DNA of 53,194 nt, filler included, from Sluysia triapertura (taxonomy: Eukaryota), in the NCBI GenBank assembly GCA_046118255.1. It is 4 parts of 4 records of this genome, joined end to end, with 100 filler letters (N's around TTAATTAATTAA, not from the genome) between each part and the next. Parts side by side here need not be neighbours in the genome. Positions count along the whole stretch, not along the records: positions 11,574 to 25,066 come from JBJNIA010037149.1; positions 25,167 to 39,609 come from JBJNIA010259070.1; 2 more parts are not named here. The stretch is one strand, 5' to 3'. A program made the translations under genes and the position numbers. Positions 14,721 through 28,010 of the stretch are shown one piece after another; position 1 is the stretch's first letter; every line of letters begins with the position of its first letter. Under the pieces are notes generated by a model. It saw only the letters and a program-made list of their open reading frames with translations, searched no databases and was not told the DNA's origin.

Positions 14721-15645
14721 AGAATTACAATATAAAATAACTAAAAGTAAAGTCTTAAAATAAATATTTGTTGAAAAAACTGAAATTTTGCTAACAAGAC
14801 AATTAAAGATGAATATTATCTAACAATAAAAGAGGAGAATTCAAAATCATTACGATTATTAATAAATGCTTCCACTGGAAAGTTTTGAATATTTCTTGAA
14901 TACTTTTGAAAGACAACAATTTATACAGCATAAACAGTAAGATAGATTATATACGGTCTATATTTTGCAAAACTACATCTAAAATATGTATGAAAGATGA
15001 CTCCTGTATAACGTATCAGTGTGACGTTATATATTTCAAATTGATTTCTCGCGAAACTCGCATTGGAAGAAACAACAAGGCTGAAGATTGATTACATTGT
15101 TAATCAGATGCCATTATTAAGGCTTTAATAAGTAATATATGTCAAGTTAAAAATCATGAATTTAATAAAGCTGACCGACAAAGAATGGATAGAAAGAAAG
15201 TCGATAATTAATTTACAAATCGTAAGATGTGAATTTATTCGTATTGTAAGTAGTTGAAAAAACTTTAATGGATATTTAACGTAGCATTCCTATGTCATTC
15301 AAAATTAAATTGTGTTGTTTATATCTGGATAATAAAGAAATGAAAATTCTGAAAAATAAATTAACGATGAAACTAAGTATTGATAAAGATATAAAAGAGA
15401 TTCATAGGTTTTATTCTCAGTATATTTATTCGCATTTAAATATAAAATTAATTTTTCCAGTGACAACATATTATAGACTAATATCAAGGTAGGAATTATC
15501 TCACCGATTCAGTGATTTCATATACAAAAACTAAGCAACAAAAAACGATAATTATCACTTTAACTTAAATTTATCTCCTGTAAAACTAAAGATGGTATCA
15601 TGATTAATATCCGCGGTATCTTTTTTGTAGTTTTTTGGATTATAC

Positions 15646-16150
15646 CAGAAGTACCCAAACTTTTTTCTGTCGCAGACCTATTGCCATGTTTTTCAATTTT
15701 AGATAGATCCCCTGCTATTCACTTTGAAATATTTAAATTTCTAACAGTATTGAAGTACCTATAGTGTGAAAAAGTAAAAAAAATAACAACACATTTTTAC
15801 ACATTTATTAATTAAATTTAAAATTTATGAGTCGATGAGACGGGTGGCTATTTTCGCGCGGTCTTAGTGAAAGCATCAATCATTGTTCCTTTTTTTAGAA
15901 GACTCATACCTCTGTGGAGCGAGTGAGAAGCGTATAAAATGCTCCGAGACCAAGTGAAAGCGGTTCTAGACCGACTTATAATGAATTATATTAATAATAT
16001 TACATTTTTGTAATTTTTTTAATGTCAAAATTATATCAATTATACTGTTCTTTGAAATTTTTGAAATTTCTTCCCAATTTTCATTTCATAGACCCCCTAA
16101 TTTTTTTTCGTCCACGTAGGGGTCGATATAGACCACTTTTGGAATCGCTG
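15646..16150. mobile_element. non-autonomous hAT (Charlie-like) element, 505 bp
   Basis: Perfect 8-bp TSD GATTATAC (15638-15645 and 16151-16158). Imperfect TIRs cagaagtacccaaa / ttttggaatcgctg. A minus-strand HPSH relic resembles the Charlie transposase C-terminus. Confidence 0.85.
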
Positions 16151-16411
16151 GATTATACAAACCTAATCTAATCAATAAAATTTATTAAATTTAATTTTAA
16201 AACAATGCATATGTATATTACTTATAACACATCTTAGAGTCATTCCTGAATCTTATTAAAATTACTATTTCTCATGGTCTGCAGACCAATATCTAAAGAT
16301 GACCTCAGACACCCATCATTTGACTTCAGAAAACTTTGAATAAGATTTTTCTTTCTTACCAGCAATTTATGATCGAATCCATGAAAATAAATGAAGATAA
16401 CACTATAAAAG

Positions 16412-16650
16412 AAGACCATCTACAAAGATTTGGTAAGCTTCCAGTTTCCATAAATTTTGCTTTTGAGCTTCACGAACGTGTAAAAAGCATCATCAATTTA
16501 GTTTAAGTGACTCAAATGACTCCTAAATGTTTCTCAAAAACGATATTTGTAGTTAAGTTTCAATTAAATATATAATTTTATGCTTTTTGTTTTGATAATT
16601 TTCCAAAAATATTAATTTTTAAAGAAATCGGATACTTATTTCTGGTCGGG
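16412..16650 (+). repeat. dispersed repeat A, copy 2
   Basis: Diverged direct copy of 3865-4070. Confidence 0.8.
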
Positions 16651-17250
16651 CGTGGTATTACATACTTATTTAAATTTTTAATAATTATGATGACTATATT
16701 AATTATTTTAATATAATGGATGTGAATTGCAATCTGATAAATAATATTTTAAAAATTAATTGTATAATATAATTATGGAAAATCCATTATTTAAATTGAT
16801 AAATTAAGTAAATTTTATGAAAAATATGTTTTACAATTGTAACTTAATTACTATTTTTAATGTAAATTGAAAAAAAGCAGCTGAAAGTTTAACGAAGAAT
16901 TTTATTTATTAATATACCAAAATATAATTATTTAATAAATTAATAAACCATAATTAAATCAAATATTCAATTTAAAAATTATTAAAAAATATTGTCAAAT
17001 AAAGTGAAATTAAAATTATTAAAGTAGATTGTTTGAGATAACTGAGATTAATATTGAATGATAATTGATTTACAAAATGAATTAATTCTATTGTAAATCG
17101 GGATATTATTTAAATTTATGAATGCTGCTTCCAAATAATGTCAAATTGGGCATAAAAATCTTACTATAAAATAATAAAATACTTTTTAATTTAATTAATT
17201 GTAATTTAATTGTAATAGTATTTTCAAAATTTGTAATTTTGTTGAACTAC

Positions 17251-17316
<66 letters not shown>

Positions 17317-17420
17317 TATTAATTTATATTGTGCTCATATCTACTGCAAAATAAGTATTCAAAAGCGCTTAAAATAAATCATTCACTATAATATTTCTGA
17401 ATCAGAAAGAACTTTAAAAA
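17251..17420 (-). mobile_element. (TAA)n tract attached to an L2-like 3' terminus
   Basis: (TAA)n at 17251-17296 is followed by tattaatttatattgtgctca...cattcactataatatttctgaatcagaaagaacttt, the same terminus seen at ~13925-13995 and, inverted, at ~51830-51890. Confidence 0.7.
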
Positions 17421-17479
17421 TTCAAAATAATCATTTCATTCATAGTATCTCATTTACCAACATTTTATATTTTATATCC

Positions 17480-17840
17480 TATTTTTTATATCCATCAAAA
17501 CCATTTTTATATTAAAACACTTTAAATTCACAACTTTATAACATCAAAATCATACTTACATTCAAACCATTAAAGTACATTTCAAATCTCATGTAAAACA
17601 TTCTTAACTCACAATCCTACAACATTTGAATCACAATTTTCATCTTAAATTATCATAGAAAACGCTAACAATCAATCCAAAACATTTCAAGTGTAACATC
17701 CTTCAACACTTCATCTCGTATATCATCAAACAAAAACATTAAAATCACATTTTAAAATTAATTTAAAACATTGTAATCAAAAGAACTTCACTTAAATTTA
17801 ATTTTGTAAGAATTTTAGTTATTTTTATGTTAAGAAATCG
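17480..17840. repeat. dispersed repeat C, copy 1
   Basis: aaattcacaactttataacatcaaaatcatacttacattcaaaccatt recurs at ~49174 onward. Confidence 0.75.
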
Positions 17841-17906
17841 TTGTATTTTACTAAAGCAAGATTGTGTGAACATAAATAAGTTTACGCATTTATCTTATAT
17901 AATTTC

Positions 17907-17910
<4 letters not shown>

Positions 17911-17959
<49 letters not shown>
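17911..17959. repeat. (TTA)n microsatellite
   Basis: Read directly; it produces the spurious poly-Leu ORF 17827..18036. Confidence 0.95.
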
Positions 17960-17960
<1 letters not shown>

Positions 17961-18229
17961 TAATTTTATTCATTTATCACAATCATTATTATTTAGTATC
18001 GACGCACAATTTATATCAGCAACTGCCAATAATTGACAGTTTTAATTTAAATAAACCGGTATAACTGTATTAACTGTCAATTACTGACACTAAAATATCC
18101 AAATCCAATTATTCTTAGTTTTAGTATATTCGATTGGACGTCCAATCAGTTTTAATCTTATATACTGTTTTATTTCTATGTCGTTACTAATGGACGTCCA
18201 GTCAAAAGTAGAATTGCACAAGCATCGTT

Positions 18230-19255
18230 TACGATTTATGCAGATACTAAAGTAACACAATTCAATAACTTACTTGAGATTATTTTTAATAGACCAATTG
18301 TGGTGGTTATTTTATGACAAGTATTTGATTAATATTGTTACATCTCTCAATAACAGGACAAAGTAAAGTTAATAAAAGTTGCTGTAGTGGCCAACACTCA
18401 TAATTCAAAATTAATCAAAATTTCACATGTAATAGTCACAAATTAAATTTCACTAAAATTCAAATTTTAAAATAATTACACCTTCTTTACTATTGAACTT
18501 CACCAACACTAACATCATAAACAACATTTGATATTTACAACACCTCATCAACTCACATACATCAACAATTCAACTAACATTTCAACCATCTATAGCATAA
18601 CAAACTTCAACACGTAATCTCGAATAATTCACAACATTCATTCATAAGATATTTTAACAAGCAAATCACAATCATAATATAAAGTATACAAACCATAAAC
18701 ATAATAGCATTATTCAACAACGTTAACAAATACTTCAGAAATGGAAAACATTCATGTTAAAATCTTTAATCAACTCCACCAAGCTAAATCTACTTCATAT
18801 ATACATATTCAATATCAACAATTACTCGCAATAACATTATAACATATTAAAATTTATTTTGTAATCACCATTCAAAATTTAATTAACTTCAACCTTTCAG
18901 TAAGCATTTTAAACAATAAAATCTAATGCATAAATCTTGTTTTCAAATTATAAACCCTCAATAAGTTTCAATGAATCATTCTAACACCCTTTATTTCATT
19001 TACAACCTAAACCACAACATCTTTCAGAAACAAGTTTAAGATAACTTTATCATACTGTGAAGCAACAACTACAGATGATGCATTATACTCTGAGTTACTC
19101 TTCTTCCTTCACAGTACAACAATTGTCTTATTTGTTTTTATCTCATGTATATGTATAGAAAGAAAAGTTTATGAAGAAAAAGATCATGTAACATTTTAAA
19201 GATTCTTTGAAGATTTATATGGTTTAAATTTTTATAATAATAATAATAACAATAA
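18230..19255 (+). mobile_element. dispersed C/A-rich repeat B, copy 2
   Basis: Inverted homologue of 4930-5960; ends in a TAA-rich tail. Confidence 0.65.
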
Positions 19256-19676
19256 TTTCACCATCTTTATTATTATTAATACTGTTATTGTTATTATTAT
19301 TATCATCATTATCGCTATTCAAATAATATTAATTAAAAATTTAACACCAAGTCGTTTAAACCAGTTACTGCCATCACCAACGATGACAGCCTATGTACAT
19401 TTTTTATTAGGCTGTCAGCGTTGATGACGGTCGGTAGTCAGTCATCAATAATTTCATTTTTGATTAACACACCACCCAATCACATTAATCATTTTTTTGT
19501 TTTACTTACTGCTAGTCTGATTGGGTGAATTAAAAATAGACAACTAAATATAGACTAATTAAAAATTTTATGAGACACACAAATAAAAAGTGGTAGTAAT
19601 AAAAATTTTCGTCTAGACAGGGCAAAAATTAGCAGAATATAGTAAACATTTAAAATCCAATTTTCTTGTTACTGAA

Positions 19677-21258
19677 ATGTCAAAACGGAGTGATTTTACT
19701 ACACTATCTCATGTCTTAACTGGAATTTTATGTCATTTTAATCATTATATGATGATAATTGATACAGAACAAAAACATAAAGAATTTCCTTCACTATTAC
19801 GAACCATTGGTAGTGTGAAAATTGTCAACCATTTTACGATTACGTTAAAAACAAAAGGCTTTAAAGTGTACCATTTATATTTATCAGAAGACTTATTTGA
19901 AGAATTAAACAATTTAATATTATTTCTAATGAAGGCTATTAACAGTGATAAGATAGATGTTTTATATCCATGTGTATTTGGATCAATTTTCAAGATTAAT
20001 ATAAATTGTTGGAATCTAGTCAAAACAAAACATGAATTCATAAATCTCTTATATCAAGAAAGTGGGCCCACCTTCCAAATTCATTATGCTCTAATAATTA
20101 CAATTATGGTAAATATGTTTTGATTCCATTTTGTGTTAGTCATGAAAATAGTCTCATATTCTTTAGAATGCATGTTATTAATTGTTATTCAGTTTTAGTA
20201 CATTATCATGAAATAAATGTTCACAGTTTAATTCCATTTCGTGTTAGTGATAAAAATAATCTTATATTTTTTAGAATGCATGTTTTTAATCGTTTTTTAG
20301 TTTTAGAACATTATCATGAAATAAATGTTTTTAGTTTAATGCAATATGGTCAATATTTAAACGCAACATTAAGAATAAGTTTCAGTGATCCGGCAACTAA
20401 ACTAATGTCATACCAATATGAATTTATGAAATTACGAATAAGAGCCGTTCGAATCAAAGTTTCAATATCAGAAAATAGACTACTAAAGAACATTGGTTTT
20501 ACATTTCTTATAATAAGAAATATGACGACAGATCTTAACAATTTAATCGAAGTTAAACATGACGACCACTACATTAATGCGTTCAATCAGATTATCAGTA
20601 GACGTTTATCACAAACATTATACATCCCAAGCAAAATTTATAACATCCATAAAGCAGTGTCCGGAACTATCTTCCATAATTATTTTTATTCTGTATGAAA
20701 ATTTTTGTTGATGCTTCCCCCTCCTTCAGAGTTGTCCAGTTTTGCCAATCTAAAAATCTGGTCACCTTAAATAAAATTCAATTCAGCCAAGAAATTATTT
20801 CTTGTGATACTGATGTGAATTTTCAGCTTTTATATATTAATTTAAGTGAATAATAGGAAACCTTGATAAAATATTTATCATTATTAGTTATTTATGCTGA
20901 GTTACTATATGACGAAAAGCAAATTTTAGTTAAAAAATTGGATTCACCTGTAGTAAAAGTCTTACAAAACAATGTTTTGACTAGCCTGCAAAATTTAATT
21001 TACGTAAGTAATATTAAGAGGGCCTTTATTTTTATTCTTAGTAACAGCGTTTATTTTAATTATGTTAAATATAATCTTCCTAATGGTCGTAAATTCAGCT
21101 TCGGACCATTTATAGATTTCAGATTTATTTACCAAGATTTACGAAACTCTATCACATTAAAAATTATTTTCTGCTTTAATCAAAATATAAAAATAGTTCT
21201 TTTTTGTGTGTTGCAATTCCCATTATTCTGTCTACTTGTAGTTGTTTGTATAAGATAA
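19677..21258 (+). pseudogene. orphan coding-like region (ORFs of 148, 192 and 131 aa), probably one disrupted gene
   Basis: Three long same-strand ORFs are unlikely by chance in such AT-rich DNA. ORF1 and ORF2 overlap in different frames; ORF3 is preceded in frame by TAA TAG. No family recognised. Confidence 0.4.
20120..20335 (+). repeat. 108-bp (36-codon) tandem duplication x2
   Basis: LIPFCVSHENSLIFFRMHVINCYSVLVHYHEINVHS / LIPFRVSDKNNLIFFRMHVFNRFLVLEHYHEINVFS. Confidence 0.9.
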
Positions 21259-23130
21259 AAATAATTATTATACTTCCTGTATTCTCGTATTTTAATGCTT
21301 TTCTATTGGTTATAATCAATTTTTTCAAGAATAAAATATTTGGTATGTTTAAATATAAATGGTATTTTAATAATTGTTTGTACTTAAAATAATAAATGAA
21401 TATATAGATTTTTTTTATAATAAATGGTCTTACTTTCGTTTTATCCTTGTGATTATTATCAGTTAGTTTATTTTTAGTATATTATCATTATTGCTATTTG
21501 AAATTATTGTTGTCATCATTGCATTATTGAGGAATAGGATCAACGCTAAAGTTTATCATCATTCTATTTATACTCTGTGATTTTGTTAAAGATACAAAAG
21601 CAAAGATTGTAATTGAAGAAATAATTGGGTGGTGAAAATCCTTAATAACTTTATTAGAATTCTTTATTAAATTAAAAAAATAAATTATAATGATAATTTA
21701 TTGACAAAGTGTTGTTTTGTAAAAGACAGTTCAACTGATGTTAATAAACTTGCAACCATCTTTAACGTTTTCAGAATCTCTTTCCGGTAAGCAATTATGT
21801 CGGGGTTTTCAAATAACATGTAGGGTCCTGTTTTAGATCATTTAGTGTGTCAAAAGTGCATAAATATTAGATGTTCAGTGTACAATAAATTAAGCCCAAA
21901 TTTTCAGGATCAACAAAAATAATTTTTTGAGGAAGGTCATATTAAAAGCCGGATAATTATACTCTGAATCACTGTGGTTATTTCGAGTTTTAATAAGTTG
22001 AGAGTCGAAATCTAATTGAAACTTATAATTAAAAACATTTAGGATGCTCTTGAAGACTTGAATTTAATGTGGTAGAACAATCTGATAAAGCTGTAATTAC
22101 AAAGATGTAATTGACAAGTGTTAAAAATATTACCTACATTAGCTTATAAACACGTTTAATTTTTAGAATAAATTTTTGTAACAGATTATATACCAACTTT
22201 GTAATATTAAGTTATTCATATTCATCAGGACTGAATTTAAGATTATAAAAGAATACAAATGCTAAGTTAATTCGAATATTCCTTTGCTCGAAGTAACAAA
22301 AACTTAACTTTATTGTTATTTTGTGCGCATAAATATGTGTATTTTAATAATATTTTAATCTTAATATTATTTAAAAGTAATTTTTATATTTTCTAAAAAT
22401 TGTATAATAAACTAAGAAACGTGACTAAATCTGTGATATTTAAACTTGCATGTAATTGCGGAAATAATAGTGTAAATGTACTTTAAAACTCAAAATTGAT
22501 ATTAAAAATTGCCATTTAAGATCGAAAATAAATATTATAATAAATAATATAAATTTAAAAATTTCACATATATTTATTATTAATAATAAATGCAAGTTAA
22601 AAAATAATCAAAGAAAAATAGAGTTCAATGGGTTAAATTATCTAAAAATTTCCAAAATTTAGAAGTTTTATATATAATATAGTCTTAATTAACAAATTCA
22701 TCTTACAATTTAAAATTTGAAGCATTTATTTATTTCGTTATACTTTTACGTAACTTAGAAATTCATTAGTTTTACTGTATCACAGATAATTATGTAAATA
22801 AGGTATTGATAAATTTTTATTTATATTTTATTATAACGAAAATAATAATTTAATAAACCTTTAATTTAGTTGTAGATAAAATTAATCAAAAACAACCCCG
22901 GAATTGTAAATTATTACAAAAAATAGAAACAGTTTTGTCAAAGTTATTTAAATATTAAGCTTAAACATTTATTTTACTTTACTAAATATGCACTTTTTCT
23001 CAAATATATTTTAATTTGGTAGTTTTGAATTTATTAAAGTTTTTTAGTGTATAAAATTAATATTGATTTGTAGGTCAAACAAAAATTCACGTTTTTGTAA
23101 TTAGTTTAACAAATATTAAGAAATTATATC

Positions 23131-23294
23131 ATGTTTCGTGTGAGAACAAGTAATTTCAGCAGAAATATTTTTTCCGAACAGTCTATTTTTCGACTTCAAA
23201 GGAAATGGTACACTTTACCTTTTATGAGCCGTTTTGAAAAAGATGTCATAGATTATTCGAAACTAGTGAATAATTTAGAAATTATTAAGCAAAG
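23131..23294 (+). CDS. ACO2: mitochondrial aconitate hydratase, exon 1 (presequence and N-terminus)
   Basis: ATG 23131: [14 protein letters not shown]...[24 protein letters not shown] phase-2 intron (GTAATT 23295 to TTTTAG 23326, 32 nt) restores the conserved [11 protein letters not shown]. Confidence 0.9.
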
Positions 23295-23326
23295 GTAATT
23301 GTTATTTGTATTTATTGGCTTTTTAG

Positions 23327-24122
23327 ATTAAAAAGACCTTTGACTTTAAGTGAAAAAATTTTGTATAGTCATATTGATGATCCTAAAAATCAAAACATTA
23401 AAAGAGGTGAAAGTTACTTAAAACTTCGACCTGATAGAGTTACTATGCAAGATGCAACGGCTCAAATGGCTATGCTTCAATTTATTTCTAGTGGTCTTCC
23501 TAAGGTAGCTGTACCTTCAACTATCCATTGTGATCATTTAATTGAAGCTCGTGATGGTGGGAGTAAAGATTTATCTAGAGCTAAAGACGCAAATAAAGAA
23601 GTTTATGATTTTTTGTCTAGTGCAGCAGCAAAGTTTGGAGTTGGATTTTGGCGTCCAGGTAGTGGTATTATTCACCAAATTATGCTTGAAAATTATGTTT
23701 TTCCGGGATCTTTGATTATTGGAACTGATTCACATACACCAAATGGTGGTGGTTTGGGTGGATTATGTATAGGAGTCGGTGGAGCAGATGCCGTTGATGT
23801 TATGGCCCATATACCTTGGGAACTTAAATGCCCCAATGTTATCGGAGTTAGGCTAAGTGGTAAGTTATCTGGTTGGACCAGCAGTAAAGACATTATACTG
23901 AAAGTTGCTGACATCTTAACTGTAAAAGGTGGTACTGGAGCAATTGTAGAATATTTTGGTGACGGTGTAAATTCTTTAAGTTGTACTGGTATGGGAACGA
24001 TATGTAACATGGGAGCTGAAATTGGGGCTACTACATCAATCTTTCCCATCAATAATAGCATGTTCGAGTTTTTAAAAGCAACTAATCGTCTTTCTATTGC
24101 AGAAGAGGCTTCAAAATTTCAG
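23327..24122 (+). CDS. ACO2: mitochondrial aconitate hydratase, exon 2 (gene 3'-partial)
   Basis: Contains [37 protein letters not shown] and [13 protein letters not shown]. Donor CAG|GTATGC at 24123. Remaining exons are not in this segment (linker at 25067). Confidence 0.97.
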
Positions 24123-24697
24123 GTATGCTTTTAAAGTGTAAATTTTAGTAGTTATTAAATATCAGATTGTGTATTGGTAGTACAATGTAAAATAAATTTT
24201 ACTAATACTCTTAATTTTATTAAAATAAATATAATATATGTAGTTGTGGTAGTTTTAATATTGAATCACTGCCTATTCAATATAATCGTAAGATTCTTCA
24301 AATATTGTTCAGTTTGAAATTAAGATTAATTAGTCTATGCCTTATTTTGTGCCTGGAGATGCTAGAAGTTGCTATCTTTATTGACTTTCTCGACCTGCAG
24401 GTGTTTTATATGTTTAATAATTTACTCAGAACGTAAACTTGTTAAAAATAATGATTAATAAAATTGATTTGTTGCATTATCAATATCATGATAAAATTAT
24501 GTAAATAAATTATATTCTTATTTATAAAACTGTTGTGTTTGGTCAGAACTTATTTGTAGCCAAAATCAAAGTTTAATACTAAGAAAAAAATGCATTTGTA
24601 AAATGTTATTAATTTTGCTATTTGTGCTACTTGATGTTGTGTAGGTAATTTATGGATTGTTAAATTCAGTATAAATCCAATTTATTTTAATTCAATT

Positions 24698-25066
24698 TTG
24701 ACTAAAGTTATTGCGATATTATTGAAAGTTATTAATAATTCATTATATTGTTTAAAATTTCTTTCAAGTGAAAAAGTATCCGTTATAATACCTCATCTGA
24801 AACATGGTGATCCATTGCTTTTAAATAATTACAGACGCATATCAAATATAACATTCTTATCAAAATTATTGAAAAAGTAGTTTTACAACAATTGTCAAAG
24901 TTCTTAGATGAAAATAAACTTTTTACAATATATCAATCAGCCTACAGAGCCTATCACTCAACAGAAACGGCTATTTTAAGAATAAATTGTGATATCTTAA
25001 ATTGTTTTAACCACAATAAATGTGTTTTGATGGTTTTATTAGACATGTCTGCTGCTTTTGATACAG
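24698..25066 (+). mobile_element. L2/CR1-group LINE reverse transcriptase fragment in the ACO2 intron (frameshifted, cut by gap)
   Basis: NNYRRISNITFLSKLLKK, then a frame change, then YQSAYRAYHSTETAIL...VLLDMSAAFDT. Confidence 0.9.
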
Positions 25067-25166
25067 NNNNNNNNNNNNNNNNNNNNNNNNNNNNNNNNNN
25101 NNNNNNNNNNTTAATTAATTAANNNNNNNNNNNNNNNNNNNNNNNNNNNNNNNNNNNNNNNNNNNN
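25067..25166. other. artificial gap/linker
   Basis: N44-TTAATTAATTAA-N44. Confidence 0.97.
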
Positions 25167-25353
25167 TGATAAAAAAATTATTTTAAAATGCTTTTTTTAC
25201 TTCTCTAGTTTAAAAGTTTTTAATTTTTTTTGCCCAAAAAAAAATGTGTGACGTCACAAAATCTAAGACCCCCTCCCCCCTGTCACAATGTGTCACACCT
25301 TTCTAGACCCCCCCACTCCCTCCTAAAGTGTGACGTGTTTTCCGAACAACCCC
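25167..25353. mobile_element. right end of a PIF/Harbinger-like MITE (truncated at the gap)
   Basis: Repeated tgtgacg/gtcaca motifs and C-runs ending in ...gacgtgttttccgaacaacccc, a layout typical of such MITE termini. The other end is not visible. Confidence 0.5.
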
Positions 25354-27024
25354 ATACATAGTTTCAATGTAATATAGCACTCTGTATTCAAAAGTTATTC
25401 ACAAAAACATACTTTTCTTAATTAAGATTTTAATTAATTAATCTATTTTTAGACTTAGTCTTATTTTATGTTTAAAGATTTTATTAATTGTTCTACAGTT
25501 ATTAGTTTACAACGCACTTACAAGACTCTAGATATTTTCACCTTAACCTCTCTTATTTCTTTTTCTACTTCTTTATGTTGATTATTACCACAGTAGATTT
25601 ATCATCTTTAATACCAATAACAATGATTTCACTTTTCAAATAATTAAAATACTCTCAAAGATTTTAAATGCTCTACAGGATAACTAGGTCTTAAATGCTT
25701 ATCATTGTTTTAAGAATACTTAAAGATTAATGAAGTGTCAAATGCTTTCAAGGTTCACAAATTCAGAGGCGCCTTAATACTTTCTTCAAGTCCATCTGAA
25801 GCTCTCACCAGGTCTCAACACCTCATTAGTTTTTTGAATTCCAGGGTATGCTTCAACTGCTAATATTATTATAGATGTTTTCATTTTCATGATTGTTATT
25901 CCAATAGTTTTTATAATGTTCAATCCATCACTTGGTTTCACTTCTTCCTTCATTTCATAGTTCCACATGTTTCTTACTAATCTTTTGATTCCCAGTTGGG
26001 CAATGCCGACATCATGAACTTACTGCCATTTGTTGTACGAATCATTGGACAAATGTATCTTTATATGATTTAAATTAAAATTAATTATGCAACTGTTATA
26101 AAATTTCCCTGGTTTCATAACTACGTTTAGCAGTACAATTTATTGTAGTTTTTATAGTCTAGTTGCTAATTCTTCTGATAAGGTTATCGATATGATTCTT
26201 AAAATTTGTATCTTGTATTTATTATTGAAATTTCTTTTATATTGTTATAAGGTTTTTTATGTTACATTGAAGTTTATTATATAATATTATTTGTTTTGTT
26301 ATTTCTTATATTTTTATATATTATCATTTGTAATAAATTGTTATGATATATATTTTATTTGCTGTTATATTTTTTTATTTGTTATGTATTGTTGTTGGTT
26401 GCATATCATTTTTGATAAGTTATATATTGTCGAATTTCATATTGAAATTCGATGTAATGTTATGTTATTGGTATTTGTTATACAATCAGCATTTTTTAGA
26501 TTATTTACTACTAATTTCCTAATATAATTCTAGTTCTTCAGATTTTCTCCACCATGCACTTAAAAGCATATACTCTTCTATTAGAATTTACTTCCAATAT
26601 TCTACAACTTCATCTGGTCGAAACTTAACCACTCGATTTTTCCATCTCATCAAATCAAATTATTCGCTTATCATAATAAAATCACAATTTAGCATGAATA
26701 ATATTTTAACTTAAATTAACCATAATTTAAACACAAAACTTCTTTTCATTATAACCTCGACTTAATGTTACACATCGATTTCAACAACCTGAATACCAAA
26801 TCTTAATTTAACAATGTTACGTGTATTAAAAACGTAGAATTAAATTTCAGTATTAAATTTCGTGCAAAAAAATAGAACAAATATTGACATACCATTAGGA
26901 AATCAATAGTTACTTATTAAGGTCTTGTAAATTTTCAAAGAATTAATTATAGTTAATACTAGGAAATTATGTTGGGTTACAAGCATAAAGAATAATTGAC
27001 TATAATAAAACAAAATTATTATAT

Positions 27025-27101
27025 GGGGATAGCTCATTGGTCTGAGCATCGAACTACAGCTGTTAAGCTAGAGGTCCTTGATTCGGTTCCCGGTTTGTCC
27101 A
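27025..27101 (+). pseudogene. tRNA-derived pseudogene or SINE head (tRNA-Cys-like)
   Basis: GGGGATAGCTCATTGGTCTGAGCATCGAACTACAG..TAGAGGTCCTTGATTCGGTTCCCGGT: A box, degenerate B box and Cys-like arms, but mismatched stems. Confidence 0.6.
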
Positions 27102-28010
27102 TTCTATGAAGTCTACCAATTACATTCAACAAAAATAGTTGTTTAATATATAATTTTAATTAACTGATTGATAAGCGTATTTGTATAATTACGAGTAAAA
27201 CCAGTTATTTTTTAATTTATACATTTATTGTATTCGTATCACTACCATCCACTTTTACCTTTTAATAAACCAAAAAAAACTTTTACCTTATTAGTGTGCA
27301 ATTTAATATGAAAAGTTGATGAATTAAAAATCACCAAAAGTTTTAATGACTTCTGTAATAACATTAACCTTTACCTAATATTAAATAATATTTAAAAAAA
27401 CATTACCGTAGGATAAATCGAATATTCAACTGTAAACGGTATAAATATATCTTCTAAAATATAAATTAATACCATCCTATCATTCCAAATTTTAGAATCC
27501 AAATTACCGGTAGACAATCAACCACTTATGTCATATAATTATAAAAAACAACAAAATAAATTATAAATTTATTTATACTCATAATTACATTATGTAATGC
27601 AAAAACAAACTGGGGTAAAAATTATTCTATGAATTTAGCCGCAACATATTTTATAGTGTAACTTCTTAAGGAACACAGTCACAAAAACCAATAATACCCT
27701 TTGAAATCTTTCAAGTTATGCTTGTCTAATAACTTTCAATAATTTATGTCTGTTTTACACTCTTAAAAACGTTATTGCTCGTCGTCTTTAAAAGGTTGTG
27801 ATAAATTGAAAAATTTTAATTAACAATTAACGGAGGTTTCATGAAATTCTAATTTTAAAATAAAAAATTACACATTTCAAAATAATTCAAGTAAAATGAT
27901 AATAAACAAACACATTTCCTCATTAAATATCGTAAACAGAAGACTCATGTGAACATCGTCTCATCCATAAAATATAATTGGATAAACGAAAACAAATTCA
28001 AACTCTCATT

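Noticed and set aside
21500-22110. Exon-like islands upstream of ACO2
   Set aside because: Candidate frames contain stops and no family is recognisable; no model could be supported.
23693-24061. 122-aa minus-strand ORF; likewise 27949..28317, 34632..34931, 19745..20041 and 38969..39214
   Set aside because: Antisense shadows of real or probable coding frames.
25600-26800. Coding-like decayed sequence (also 4400-4800, 7700-8300, 13250-13720 and 14750-15250)
   Set aside because: Probably old transposon or pseudogene debris, but no motif is clear enough to name.
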